Part shown: piece after piece, positions 18,008-31,182 of the stretch
Numbering within the stretch: the stretch's first letter is position 1
Layout of the letters: each line of letters begins with the position of its first letter
DNA from: Jimgerdemannia flammicorona
Taxonomy: Eukaryota
Direction of reading: 5' to 3'
Assembly (NCBI GenBank): GCA_003990765.1
Contig: RBNJ01000052.1
Location: 1-46,847, forward strand
DNA length: 46,847 nt
The notes under the pieces: model-generated
What the model was told of the DNA's origin: nothing
Database searches by the model: none
The model's input: only the letters and a program-made list of their open reading frames with translations
Translations under genes and position numbers: made by a program

Positions 18008-20840
18008 CCAAATCGCCTCTGTCCTAAAAGCCCCCAATGATCCAATCGAGGATACCATTCCACTTCCAGTAACTTTCAAACATCTAAGCCCCAGTAGCTG
18101 GCTATCAGGATCTGATCAATTCTTGTCTCCAAGCCCTCTGCCCAATATATATATACCCTCCTATCCCTCCAGCACTCCCTACCCACATCTACCAGAGCAC
18201 TCAGCCTCTCCACTTCCTCCTATACTGCCAGTTCTCCACTCTGACTCTCAGCTCCCTATCCTCTATCTGTTCTGTTCAACAGTACATCTTGGACTATATT
18301 GTAGTCTTCACCCAGCATATCCACCCCAGCCTCTGTGAGGATCCCACTCTCCTGATGGCCCTTCACCCAATCCACATCCTCACTCCATACCATGGGGTAG
18401 TAATAAGATCCCACTGTAACTGACTCCCATCCTGAATATATCCACTCACTCCAGACCAATCTATCCTGCTCTGCATATCCCTTGTCTCTCCTCTGCCTTT
18501 TCATACCAGAATCCCAACCTTGTCTTTCCAAACTACCTCACCTTTCTATTTCTGTGTCCATTCCAGTCTATCTAAATCATCTTCACACCTGACATCCTAT
18601 AAGAGGAAGAGATTGGTCTCTAATTCCTTCAGCCAAGTAAAAATGTTCCTGTATCAATAAGCACCCTGTAACCCATTCACATTCAAAGAAAAAATATTAG
18701 TTGTACCATTCATAATAAAGTATGGTATATTAATTTAGTCCATTCCTACTGCTCTATTTCATTTCTTCCTGCATCATATCCAGATTATGTTCTGAAGTCA
18801 CTGCCTACTCCTCAGCCCACTAAGTCTCCAATTCTGCCAATAGCTCATTCATCTCCCCATCTGCCTTCTCCTCAAACTCCTCTCAGTACTCCAGGTAGGT
18901 CTTGTGCCAGAGCTATAATTAATATCACTTGGCTCAATAGTATTTGGCCCTCTCACCAGCAACCACTACTAGCTCAGCCTCCTGCTCCTTATCCACTTCT
19001 ATCCTTCCTCTTCCAGATACACTACAAGAATAGCTGCCTTCAATGCCAACTTCACACCCTCCCTCTACAGGACTCACCCAATACTCATTACTCATTACTC
19101 TCAAGTCCACCTCTCCCAGCTCTTCAGCCACCAGATTATTCATCATTCTACATATCCAAAGTAGGTTTCCTACCTCCTTCCCTCCTGGGGTTACCAGTCT
19201 CCTACTGTCCAACATTGTGATATCAGTCCTGGTACTTACAGCCTCATTCCAAACCTCTGGGACATCCAGCAGTTCCTTCTCTCCAACTGCCTCTACCTAT
19301 CCCCCATTCGCCAATTCTGGAACTCCAAATTGTACTCACTGGGCCCCCTTCATAGGTATATCCTCCCCCATCCTACTCTGGGAAGCTGGACCTCTCCTGA
19401 TAAGCAGAGTAGAAGTAGGTAATCCCTCCTATTCCTCTTCCCAGACCTCAAACATACCATCAATATATGGGTCACTACTAGCAGCTTTTCTGTCCACTCC
19501 TGATCCTTTTCCCACACTTCTACTATCTTTGTCAGCCCAGACACTCACTTTGGAACCCCCTATTTCTACCATTCCACTTGTCTCCTTCTATGGTCAACTT
19601 TCCATCTTGGCCAGTAGCTTCTTCTGATGTTTATATCTCTGAGCTTTTTCCCATTATCTCTTGTCCACTCTAATCTGCTTCCCATCCACTATCTCCAAGT
19701 GTATTGACTCCTCAAAAGCCTTCCAAGCCTTTATCTACCACTCTATTGCTCTGCTCAGTTCTTCTAGTACCTCCAGCAAGTCCTCTTCCTCCTCCTCACT
19801 CCTCTTTACCCTTATCACCTTGCATAAGATCACCCCCCAGACCATCTCCGAAGGTCAGTCTCTTGCCTTCTCAGTAGCTTCTTCTCTATCAGCTGAATCC
19901 TTACATCTACATCTCCCATCCTGAGTGAGGTCCTCTCCCAGACTCTGAACCCAATATCTACTACCTCTCTATACTCCACTATAACCTCCTTGACTCTCCT
20001 TCTCATCTTCACTGTCATTACCATGGGCACTTCTTTCACCTGTAGTTGGCCCACCCTGGAGTCCAATTTCAGACAGTATGCCATCAGGACAGATACTTCC
20101 CCAACTATTAATCCAACCATCAGTGCTTCCCCCAGAGGCTCAACCTCCTCAAAACACACCTCCACTCCTTCTTATCTCTTTAGGAACTTTATAGATGCCA
20201 CTCTAGTCACCTGTTTAGCAATAAGCCCCAGTACTATTTTTTCCATCACTGCCAGACCCTGAAAGTACAATATCACTATAAATGCTAAGATCGATTTCTT
20301 GAGTAACAGAACCACCACCAGGCCCATTATACCATCTGCCAAATCTTCTTGCCTTCCAAGCCTCAGTCACCAGCCACACTATCAGCAGTCACATCTGGAT
20401 TTTTATCCAGATTGGCAGTTCCATCACCATCAGCTGTCACATTCTCCCCAGCCACTACTCCCCCAGCTCTACTGCCCTACCACCAAGGGCTACTTCCCTG
20501 TGAACAGCTGTCTTCTCCATCTTCTTGTCTTTTCTCAGCCAACCCTCCAGCCCAGTCATCTACTGCCTTCTCTTCACCATCTCTATAAAGCTCACCCTCC
20601 CAGACCCCTGTCCTCTACTGCTGCCTCCCCCCCCTCCTCATCCTCCTGCCAACAACCCCCTCATACCTCCCCCCAGGTCAGGACCTCTCCCCACCTGCTG
20701 CCAGTCAAATGTGCTAGAGCCATCTGACTTAGTATATACCCTAGATTGCTTGCTGTTTACTATTACCTTAGTATCTTTCTCCAATAAATACTTGAAAGTG
20801 TGTTATAAAGTATATATAATGTGAATAGTAGTTGAGAAAG
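18004..20840 (-). mobile_element. L1/Tx1-clade LINE A, decayed, with 5' end + ORF1 + most of the endonuclease; 3' part lost
   Basis: Homologous to 41170-44030 and 31183-33985. Minus-strand 5' motif CTTTCTCAACTACTATTCACAT at 20840. ORF2 start ATGAATGGTACAACTAATATTTTTTCTTTGAATGTGAATGGG (MNGTTNIFSLNVNG) at 18713. Confidence 0.88.
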
Positions 20841-20999
20841 GTAGCTGGTGTCTATTTTTATTTTTCATATTTATTATATCTCATCTTGACTCTATTTTCT
20901 TTGATCTTAGCTCAGGCTTTGCTTCTCTAACCAGATCTTCTGGTTCTCCCCTGGCTTCTGTTGTACTCTCTCTTCCTACTACTATAGTGACTAGTTCAG

Positions 21000-21770
21000 T
21001 AAAGTACTCATTCTATAGATATGATGTAGCTGGCTACTAGTAAATAGAAATCATATGTTTGTCAATAGTATATATACTATCTGCTAGCAGATACTGCTCT
21101 GTATTAAAGAATCTCTGAAGATCCTGCACTAGAGAATATGACTTCCAAATTGTTGAATTACTAATCAAATCTAGCCATCCTATAATAATATAGTAGATCT
21201 TCTTATAGTTATTATAAACTATCTGCAAATTATATATATATTACATCTTTCTATTAAAGTATATTTCCTCATCCTTTATTGAGCAATACTGGAGAATGAT
21301 ATTAGTTCTATTGAGAAATCCCACATAGTCTGAAAATCTATGAACAGCTATATACTCAGAAATCATCTGTCTTTCTTCATAATTTGGTCAGCTTATATAT
21401 ATGTTCACTAATGAGAACATTTCCTTCACTACTCATTCTATATATAAGATAACTATTTTGGCACTAATTTCCAAATCAACTAACAGATGAATTTTTCTAC
21501 TACAGTCTAGTTGCTTAAAGTATAAATACTTATTATTAAATAGATCTCTGCTTATAGGTATCAGTAGTATCTATGTAAAATTCTGGGTAGTTATTGATGA
21601 ATGAGATAATAGTCTTGAATATATTGAAGTCTATATATATGAAATCTGCATAAATTTTATGAGATTATAGAAGAATATCTACTAATTGAACATTTTATAT
21701 AACTGGACAATCTGATAGAAGTAACTACTCAGATACCATTATATCTATATATTCTCCAACTCATCCTCAA
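21000..21770 (-). mobile_element. Decayed PIF/Harbinger-type DDE transposase remnant
   Basis: Minus-strand peptides HRFSDYVGFLNRT (cf. GFPxCVGFLDGT) and QIVYN...IIGWLDLISNSTIW...FFNTEQYLLADSIY (cf. GWPGS, YLLADSAY). Boundaries approximate. Confidence 0.7.
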
Positions 21771-22438
21771 TATCTCTCAACAGATGTTTGAGCTGCTATA
21801 AATACTTATATAGTATTTTGAGAACAAAGGAACTTTGGTGATCATTTATAATCTCTTCAAACTATATCTTTTATTTCAAGTCTGGTTACTCCTCAGTTAA
21901 AAAATTCTCCTCATTCTCAAGTCAGTTAAATATCTGGCAATGTTTGCTAATATAAGCCATCTACTCTTTTCAGATTTAGTGCAATAGTTTAATCCAAATA
22001 TGCTGAGCTGAGCTATTTGAGTAGAGATGGGACAGAATAGAATAGTATATGATATCTGACTTTTCAAAGTTTACAATAGCCTAAGTTGATAATTTTATAA
22101 AGGGGCATATCTCTCAATAGATATTTGAGCTGCTATAAATACTTATACTATATTTTGAGAACAAAGGGGCTCAAGTAGTCATTTACAATTTCTTCAAACC
22201 ATATTTTTTATTTTAAGTCTAACTACTCCTCAGTTAGTAAACTTCTCCTCTTTTTAAGTCAGTCAAGCACCAGGTAATGTTTGTCAGTATTAAGTATCTA
22301 CTCTTTTCAGATTCAGTACAATGGTCCAATCTGGATGAGCTGGTCTAAGCTATTTGGATAGAGATGAGATAAGATGAGATAATACATACTGCCTGGCTTT
22401 TCTAAAGTTACATCAGCCCAAGTTGGTGGTTTCATGAA
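21770..22438. repeat. Diverged tandem duplication, 2 x ~337 bp
   Basis: ATATCTCTCAA.AGAT.TTTGAGCTGCTATAAATACTTATA begins at both 21770 and 22107, and the two units stay collinear throughout. Confidence 0.9.
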
Positions 22439-23182
22439 CTCCTTTTATTTGACCCTGATTTTCAGCCACAACAGAACTGGTTTTTATATTACCAAAAACT
22501 GGTTTTGCTATCAACTTAAAAAACATGCTTTTGAATTTCCCTAATAGTAATATTAAAAGTAAAATGATATTTCACCATTAAACTGAATAACACAATAAAC
22601 CAGATGAGTAGACAGTAGATATGGCAGCTATTCACCTAACAAAAGAGAAATATTCTGTTCTAGCCCAACTTCCAATAAAGGGCAGAAAAATATTAGAAGA
22701 CATTACAAGATGCAGTAAAATATCAGTGTAACACCCATGTCAACCAACCGTAACATTTGAAATATTTCATTGCAACTGCACTCAAGTCATTGCAAAAACG
22801 TGGGTCTACTGCGGTTATAACTCGGACAACCGCATCAAAATTGTTAATTTGGAATTGAATACATTTCCTATTATGTCTTATCTATCCTCACACAACTTTC
22901 CGAACACTGTTTCTGAGTGCTGCATGCTTCATTCAATGCTAAGAAACTTCCATACCGATATATTTGACTTTGGCAAAAGACAACATACAATCTCATAAAG
23001 ATCGTAGCTAGGAACGTGCTATCAACTAATTAACATGCAATGAAATAACCACTAGGCAAATAACTTCTAAGCAAACTTGGTGAGCATCAGCGCGAAGTTG
23101 AAGAAAGAGGACAATTTGAAAATATGCAAAACACAACCCTAGAGTCATGAGCCACCATCTACACTAAGAACAAATGCTAATC

Positions 23183-25956
23183 TCAATTAGGTGTATCGAA
23201 CGACCAAGGCAATACTATTCTTTGTGGCGTCCTATTACCCTCGTCGAGTATTTCCTCCAGCATCTCTTGTTCCGTTTGACTGGTCGGGCTATTTACTACA
23301 GACATACATTCTCGGACGATTTCCTGATTTAGATGTAATAATAATGAGAACAATAAAGTTATCTCATCATTACCAAATATAAAGCAAACGGAAAGATATT
23401 CCATACCTTGACCTGCCACACTCTTTTTAACACAAAAATGAGGTCCGCCAGCCTTCCAACGACTATAGGCACCTCGTTTAGATCATCTCGTTTCATTATA
23501 GATATATACCCTTTGGGGCTATTCATTCGCATGCTCTGCAATTTCAACCCTATAAATAAATTCAGTTATTATCTCATTCACAAGTGTCATACTAGATGAT
23601 GATTACAATTTCATTTCACTTACCACCATGTAGGATGCCTACCACCTGCAACTCTCTTACTTTGGGCTCTTCGAAACGGACGACGTGGCATAATTGGACA
23701 AGGATATCGTGCATGGCTTTTGCCAATTTACGGGCGTCATCCAACCATTTGGTCGCTGTCACTCCTTTGAAATCTTTAGAAACCTTAATTGCCCCATACT
23801 CGACTTCGTTGACATACGTTCGGAAGATGCCATCGACGCGGTACCCCATTTTGGCACGATTGCCCTTCGTTGAAGTTCGTTTTCGGTTCTTTCGTGTTGT
23901 AGTTGCAGTAGTAGTCGACTCCTTTCTGAAAATGAACAAAGATTAGAATAAAACGTAAAGTAAATTCAGGTACACCAACAATAAATATGCGGGGCACATA
24001 CCGCACGACTTCCAACCCCGTATTATTTTGGAATCCATGGTCGATGAGGGCACCCCAAATGTTCACATCATACCATCCCTTATGATGATACTTTTCGAGG
24101 GGATTGCTCGGATCTTCGTAGTCTGTGAGGCTATCAATTCACAGAGAGATAAATAAGCATATCCGTAATCGAAGTTAATAATGGAGCTAAATCTCAAAGT
24201 TCATACTCACGACTTCCGCAACACATATTCAGCCCACTCTTCATCGCAGTGAATTTCCCGATTGTATTCTTCGTCTCCTTGAACGGAAGTCGCCGCAAGA
24301 GTTTCCCGTAGTTGTTTCGTTGTCGTAACCTGAGATTCATAATACATTGGTTGGTATTTAATTGAAAATGATGCTCCGATCGAGAATAGACAGCTGTTAA
24401 GCGTCAACCTTCGTCGCTTCGCGGTCCGTCATAAATCAGCACTCTTAAGACGATTTTGAAAAATCCTATTCAGAGCACCGACTGCACATAAAAAATAAAG
24501 ATGCAAAATATGTATCTCACCGTTTCGAATTTCGATAAATACGTGGCGAATTTTTCGGCGACTCGAGGAAGGTGTTTTAATTCTCGATTTATCTCTGCCC
24601 AATCGGTAGCGCTAAACAGATCTCGGGTTACGATATCATCCACGTCGATAATCCAGGAATGGAGTGCCGAATCGGGTTTGGAGCTACAACAATGGGTGTA
24701 CACGACATCTTCGACACATGTCCCACTTGATAACATCCACTTCTTGCCAGGCATCATTGCTTTATAGCAATTGGAAAACTCCAATTGCGTAGGAGAACTC
24801 TCCGCTTCGTCGTCGTCCATGCTGAAGACATTGAAATAAATATTTTTTGTTAAAAATATCAAATATTATAATATTATGTGAACCGGCGAATCAGGGTAAC
24901 AGTACCATTCCACGAAATCGGATTCGGATTGAGCTTCTTCTTCATCGCCATCGTCTTCATCGGCTTTATCTTCATTGTCTTCGTCTATATCGCTCTAACA
25001 GTGTTCATTTTAGCTGCCATTGCCTGTTAATGTGACATTATTAATATATAATAAAACCAACCTCTTCTATCGGTTTCGATGATTCCCCATTTGCTTCTTG
25101 TCGATATGTCGTAACCCTCTTCCTCCGCAATCCAATCCGCGTAGATGTGGGCTCTTCCTGTTTAGAGGTATTTGAATATTAGCAATTAAATCCCCTTATC
25201 AGTGATTTCATTGTCAAATATCAAATTACCTGTGCAAAAGTATCCTTGGTGTTTAGTAATATCTCCGGAGCTTTTGAAGAACGTTCATTCCTGATGACTG
25301 CAGCAATCCACCATTCCGAGATATCCTTTGGGATAATTTTCTAAAAGTGAAAGGAAATAACGAAAACCGATTCAATTCCATAACAAATGAATATCTGATC
25401 GGAAGCCTCTGTTTCCGTAATGATCTATTCAGTTAATCCTCAGTCGCGTGCTCAAGGCACACATACAGGAAAGCTGATATCTCACAATATGTTCTGCAGT
25501 CTGTATGACAGCGGAACTTACAAAAGAATTTCACAGAAGTACTAACCGTGTTTTTGTAGAGTGCATTCGCTGACTTGAGCGCAGTGTCGGCAAATGTTAT
25601 CAGATCGTCGACGTCGATATCCTCGGTCACCTGTTGCGGAAACTCTAACAAGCTCTTGCTGCGATATTTCACGCTATCAAGTAGTTTTTTGAAAATGTAA
25701 TGCCACTGCCCCATTCGATCTTCTATCAGCATGTTTTTCTTGAAGAGCACGTCACGTTTCTCATTTAGCCACGATAAGAAGTCAACCTCTCTCCACTCGT
25801 TTGGCTGACGCTCGATGAAGTATTCGTAGTGTTCTGAAAAAGCCAAAGTGAAGGTTAAGGGAAACGATTACTGTCTTGGTGTAAACGAGGTAAGACAGCT
25901 GGTACTTTTAACCTACCGAAGAGCTTCGAAAATGATACACTGGCAGGCGTTGGCAT
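23183..25956 (-). CDS. 11-exon gene, ~585 aa, C-terminal PD-(D/E)xK restriction-endonuclease-fold domain (Crinkler-REase-like fungal family)
   Basis: Hand-spliced GT-AG exons 25956-25917, 25833-25547, 25340-25230, 25157-25062, 24994-24906, 24821-24521, 24329-24211, 24130-24002, 23925-23624, 23549-23407 and 23323-23183 join in frame (1758 nt) without stops. Motifs WMLSSGTCVED, LHSWIID, GWYDVNIW, KEST...RKN, GYRVDGIFR, EYGAIKVSK, KLAKAMHD, VVGILHGG. Exon 1 and the family call are inference. Confidence 0.8.
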
Positions 25957-26095
25957 TGGGGGGGACACAGTGGCCAGAGTTGATATCCGGAGGGAGGGGG
26001 GGAGGTTGGAGCAACAGTAAAACAAAGGAACGAGTGAATGGGGCGGGAGCAAAGGCGGTCACGGTGGGTAGGTCAATCGCCGTGGTCTGTGTCGA

Positions 26096-26343
26096 GGTCA
26101 CGCGACGAAAGCTTTTGACACAGTAAAGGGACAAGGTGAGAGACTGGGAGGCTGAAGGGCGGACGTGGAGGCGTATGTCAAGAGCCGTAGTCTTTGTTTA
26201 TCGTAAAGAAGTAAGATTTGAACGCAGTGATGGGACAAGGTGGACTGGGAGGCTAAAGGGCGGGAGTGGAGGCGTATGTCAAGAGCCGTAGTCTGTGTTT
26301 ATCGTAACAAGGTCACAGCGACGAAAGCTTTGAAATGCAGTAA
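26096..26343. repeat. ~100-110-bp imperfect tandem repeat (~2.3 units) upstream of the REase-like gene
   Basis: GACTGGGAGGCT.AAGGGCGG..GTGGAGGCGTATGTCAAGAGCCGTAGTCT.TGTTTATCGTAA occurs at ~26142 and ~26243. GGTCAC(A)GCGACGAAAGCTTT occurs at 26096 and 26311. Confidence 0.88.
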
Positions 26344-26464
26344 CGAAACTGTTGTGGAAACTTGGGAAGGGTGGAGAGAAGAAAGAAGCCTGTTGTTTAT
26401 TGATACTAGCTTACGCGCTTTGATGACGTTTCCAATGAAGACGTAGTCAGGCTGCGCCACCATA

Positions 26465-26973
26465 TGTCGAGTTGCTATAACTAAGATATTTCAATATTTC
26501 AACACTCCCGCTCAACGAGATATGTTCCAGAATATGCAAATTAAACATGACCAACTGGATGCTATCTGACCGAAAAAGGTCCAAATTCTCTGCTTATAAG
26601 CATGAAAATAGGCAAACAGGGTAGTGAAATGTAGAAATCCAGATCTATTCACAATGAAGGAATGTAAGAAATGTATATGCAAAATGCAAGATGTAGTGAG
26701 AGGCTTTTTAGCACTCTGAAAAACTTCTTATTATTACTGTATTGTCATTATTACTTATCACTCACTAGTGTATAGTTTCTGTTATTATAGAGTTATCTAT
26801 AAATTTCATTCCTTGCATACATAGGACAAACTTTACTTTGGAAAGAGTTTTAGTCAATGAATCCACTATCATATTCTCTATTAGGATGTATTCTAGATAT
26901 ATAGTATTATTTTCCAATATTTCTAAATAAAATAATACTATATGTCAATATACTTTACTTTCATATAAAATAT

Positions 26974-27011
<38 letters not shown>

Positions 27012-28050
27012 GACTTCTTTGTAATAGTAATTGTGAACTAATTGTCTAGTTGGAGTAGCATAGAGTGCAATTCTTGAGAAAATTCCAACTTCTTTAATTG
27101 TTTCCAAAGCTATATAACTTTATTCATTACTATAAATATTACTTAATACTTCACTTATATAGATAATATTATCACTAAAGATTGTTGGTAAGTTTGCTAT
27201 AAAATGACTTCATTTTTACTGATTGAAAAAAGATATCTTATTATAGAGCACCAATCATCAAGATCTCTAACTCAGTCTATATTATATATACTGAATAACC
27301 TTATAGTACTCCAACTTTATTACTTATTATTATTATTCAAACTGAGTATATATTATACTATATCTTTGATATATCTGAAAATATACTTGATTGCCATTTA
27401 ATGTGAATTGGTATTGTAGGATGAGTACTGCACCATCTTATTGACTATATATAATATATTAGGTCTCATCTAAAGTATAAGATATATATATAAGAAATTC
27501 TATAGCTTACTAATAGAAAATATCATTATCTTCAAACATATTATTAGACTTATTTAAATTTACAAATATCTCTATAGAGATTCTAATAGGCTTATATTTG
27601 TTTATATCAAATTATTTAAGTATAGTCTAAATATATATAGCATATAATAGATATATAGCATATTCATATATATTAAATATAATTAATATTTAAAAAAAAT
27701 AAAATATGTTACCAATATGTATTTATCATTTTAAATTTCTAGTATAGTATAATCTTTAAGTTATTAATCTTAATTACTATCCTAATCAGAATAATATTAT
27801 TAATTTAAATTTCAAAGTATACTATTCCTGAGAATATATATTGAGTATATATATATAGATCAGCTTTATATTACTTAAATTTATTATTTAAGAAGAATTT
27901 GTCAATTTATTGATTTCATATCCTTACTATTTATTTGATACTATAGAGACTTTTATATAATTTGCATATGAGTTTGTTTCTATTGTTATATAATTTATAT
28001 CTACAAATATATAACCTCCAAGTTATCAAAATCATATATCACTCTCAGAA
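26465..28050 (-). mobile_element. Decayed Ty1/Copia LTR retrotransposon 3' part (RT end, RNase H, PPT, start of 3' LTR)
   Basis: Minus-strand peptides CKLYKSLYSIK (cf. KSLYGLKQ), DLDDWCS (cf. DxDDRRST), KYIDI.YYFI (cf. KHIDIRYHFIR), NMIVDSLTKTL (cf. ADILTKAL). PPT TTGAGCGGGAG followed by TGTTG at 26504. Confidence 0.85.
26980..27005 (-). mobile_element. Poly(A)-only retroinsertion with 11-bp TSD
   Basis: T-run flanked by AATATAGACTT (26969-26979, 27006-27016) inside the Copia RNase H. Confidence 0.8.
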
Positions 28051-28297
28051 CAAATTTGGAAATCATCTACTAGATTATAAAGCTAAGTTAAACTGAAGTT
28101 ACAAAATTATAAAACTAAGTCAACTCAAGGTTACAGAATTCAAAATTATGAAAATGTGACCTTATTATTAAGACTAAAAGTATATATATCAAATATTTAA
28201 TATATCAAATAGAAAACTATAATAAACCAAACCAAATAATTATAACTCTCAAACTATACTCTAATATAACTACTAAAGTTAATAACTACATCTATAT

Positions 28298-28670
28298 TAA
28301 TATTCCTAATTAATTGAATTAAATTAAATTAGATCTAATTTCAATTCAATTCAAAAACTTTCAATTGAATTAAGGCTTAATTCAATTTGATTCAAATTTC
28401 AATTTGAACCTAAATTTTTAAAATTCAATAACTTGATGGGAAAATGTCCAAATTTAATAATCTTTATTATCCTGGATTTGACTTATTATAGTGAATCTAA
28501 CAAGGTAAAATTCATCAAATTTGGACATGTTTTTATCAAGTTATTTGATTTTTAAGTTTGATTTTCATTTTTGAATTAAATCAGGCCTCAATTCAATTCA
28601 ATTGATTTGAATTGAATCCCAATTTGAATTGAAAAATCCTCAATTTGATTTGATTCATTGGGAAATACTA
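28298..28670. mobile_element. hAT-type MITE (373 bp)
   Basis: Termini TAATATTCC...GGAAATACTA. 8-bp TSD ATCTATA(T/C) (28290-28297, 28671-28678). Body is palindromic and rich in AATTC/GAATT. Confidence 0.75.
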
Positions 28671-28699
28671 ATCTATACTAATATTTAGAATACTATTAT

Positions 28700-31167
28700 C
28701 AATTAAACTACAGTATATCTGTCTCTTACAAATATCTATAGCCTAGCACTTCTCTATTTTGTAGAAGCCCAATGAAATGCTCTGAATATACTTAGTATGG
28801 CCTACCAAATCAGACAAATCTCAAACTACTATTAGATCAGCCACCTCCTAGAAGATATAGTTAACTATCTCTATAATATTGATATTATCAAAATATCTTA
28901 ATACTAGAAACTATTATCTGTAAATACTAAGAGCTCTTTTATGAGTATATGTAGCTTCATTATTCTCTATCTTTGAGTTATAATCACTGAAATAGTTACT
29001 ATCCTAACTTATGGCTAAATCAATACTATAGTGTAAGAACTTAATTATAAATATATCAAGTATCCAAACTATAGATAGATCCTTCTCACATCCAGATGAT
29101 CATATTCTGTAAATATCTCAAGTTTGATATACCATGAAGAATATCTATGATATAATTTAGTTTGATAAGATAAAGTAGAAAATAATAATCTCTATGACAA
29201 TAATATAATATCTAGTCAAGAATTTCTATAAATACTGATCACTTTAACAATCTTACTAATAAACTTACAATAGTTCATAACTATATATAAGATCTATTGA
29301 GATAATGACCACTGGTATAAGAATTAACATATATTTATATCTGACTACTTCGATTATAATTAAGAGACTGGAGTACATAATCTATACCTTTAGATAACTC
29401 TTAATATATGACCAATAACCCTATCTCCTAGGTATAAATTAAATAAAAAACAGCTGCCAGTATACTATAACTCTATAATATAAAGCACTATAACCTACTG
29501 AAGATATACTAATAGTGAATCCAATAAAGTGAAGACAATATACTCTTCTCTACTATATCAGCATATGTGATAGATGACATCATACTGTGGGATTGAGATA
29601 TGGTTTCAACATATTACTATATAAATAAATAAAGAGATATAATCTATGAATCACTCTTTCTAGATAACTACTTAATTAGAGATAATATTATCAATTGTGA
29701 CTTATCAAAGAATATCCAGAGAGTCTTCCATTAGTATAAATATCTGCTCTTCCAGATCTCTGAAACTTAGACTAGTATATAGATAAATATGTAAGTCAAG
29801 AATACTTTTCCATATAAATATCCAATTATATACTATTCTTAGTACATATTAGCCAATAGCAATATTGTAAATAGTAAATAAAACATATTTATTTAACTAT
29901 AAACTACTCTTTAGTAAACCTATTCTATATTAGATCTCCCTCTTAACTAAATTCTGAAATTTCCTAATTGGGTATTATCTGTAGTAATATGCTGATTTAA
30001 CTAAACTAGTCTTAGTTTTTTAAACTTCCTGAAATATGGTAAATCCTGAATATCTAGAACAATTCAAAAAAACAACTTTGGTTGAGATATCAATCCAATC
30101 TTGAAATAAATAAGTATAGAGAATATACTCTATATAAAATTGATATTGATCTTAAGAAAATTATCTTCTAGAATATCCAGAACTTCTAGAAAATGCTTCT
30201 AGAACTATATACTAGTACTAATAAAGAATCCTCTTATAACTTAGTAGTGGTGGTTTACAATTCAAATTCTACTTCAAGATACTTTCTTATCTAGCTACAA
30301 CCCTCTACCAAATTCCTACAATTTAATATAAAGACCAACTGCTGAACTAGAATTTATTCCAAATTATCAGACAATCTAGAGTAAATTGAACCTAATGTAT
30401 AAAGACAATTAGACCTCTATATCTATAATAAGTAGGATAGCTTCACATATATGTATAAATAAATACTCCAATTAAACTAATATATAGGCAAAATCTTATT
30501 TCTGAACTCCTTACTCTATACTCTATAAGTCAAGATAAAGAAGGTTTTATAAAAGTCTTAACTCTTCTCAATAAAGTTTTGTAAGTTCTAAAAACTCAAG
30601 TAACTATAAACAATCAGCTGCTATCTTTCTTATCTTAGTTTCTCATAAAGTACAAGCCTTTATAGCTAAGTGACTCAACTCTACTAACTATCACTATGCC
30701 AGAACCAAGACTGCCTTATACTAACATTTTCAGAATTATAAGGCCTGCTATATTCTTAAAAAATAAGCTATAGAAACTCTTTATCAATATCAGACTCTGA
30801 GCCAGAAGCAGGTGCAGCTACAATCTTATCTAGATCTAAAGTAGAACCAGAACTAGCTTGTGATTTAAGTTCTTCTAAAATCTAATATATAACAGATACT
30901 ATGTATCTACTTTAATGCTAAATAAACCCAGCTATATAAAGACTTAAGTAAAGAGAAGGAAAGTATCTTATTGAGTTTAATATTAGATATACTACTAAAA
31001 AAATGTACCTATCTTAGGACAAAACATATCTACAGAACAACAGACAGTTATTTATCAAGCACTTATACCAGATCTATAGTAGATCTTAGCAACTCACACA
31101 GACCCAAAGAATACCATTAAACTCTATACTAGTATATCAGATTATATCAGTAATACATATCTCTAAT
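28700..31167 (+). mobile_element. Highly decayed AT-rich TE-derived DNA, probably including the 5'/gag part of the Gypsy element
   Basis: Contiguous with 37009 onward through the LINE B TSD. No clear motifs or LTR boundaries could be read. Confidence 0.35.
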
Positions 31168-31182
31168 AGTAGTTTAACTGCC

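Noticed and set aside
22440-26580. Terminal inverted repeats making the REase-like gene island a DNA transposon
   Set aside because: I could not find matching termini or a TSD at the island edges by eye.
28070-30050. Defined 5' LTR and primer-binding site for the Gypsy element
   Set aside because: Too decayed. No second LTR in the window for comparison and no convincing PBS.
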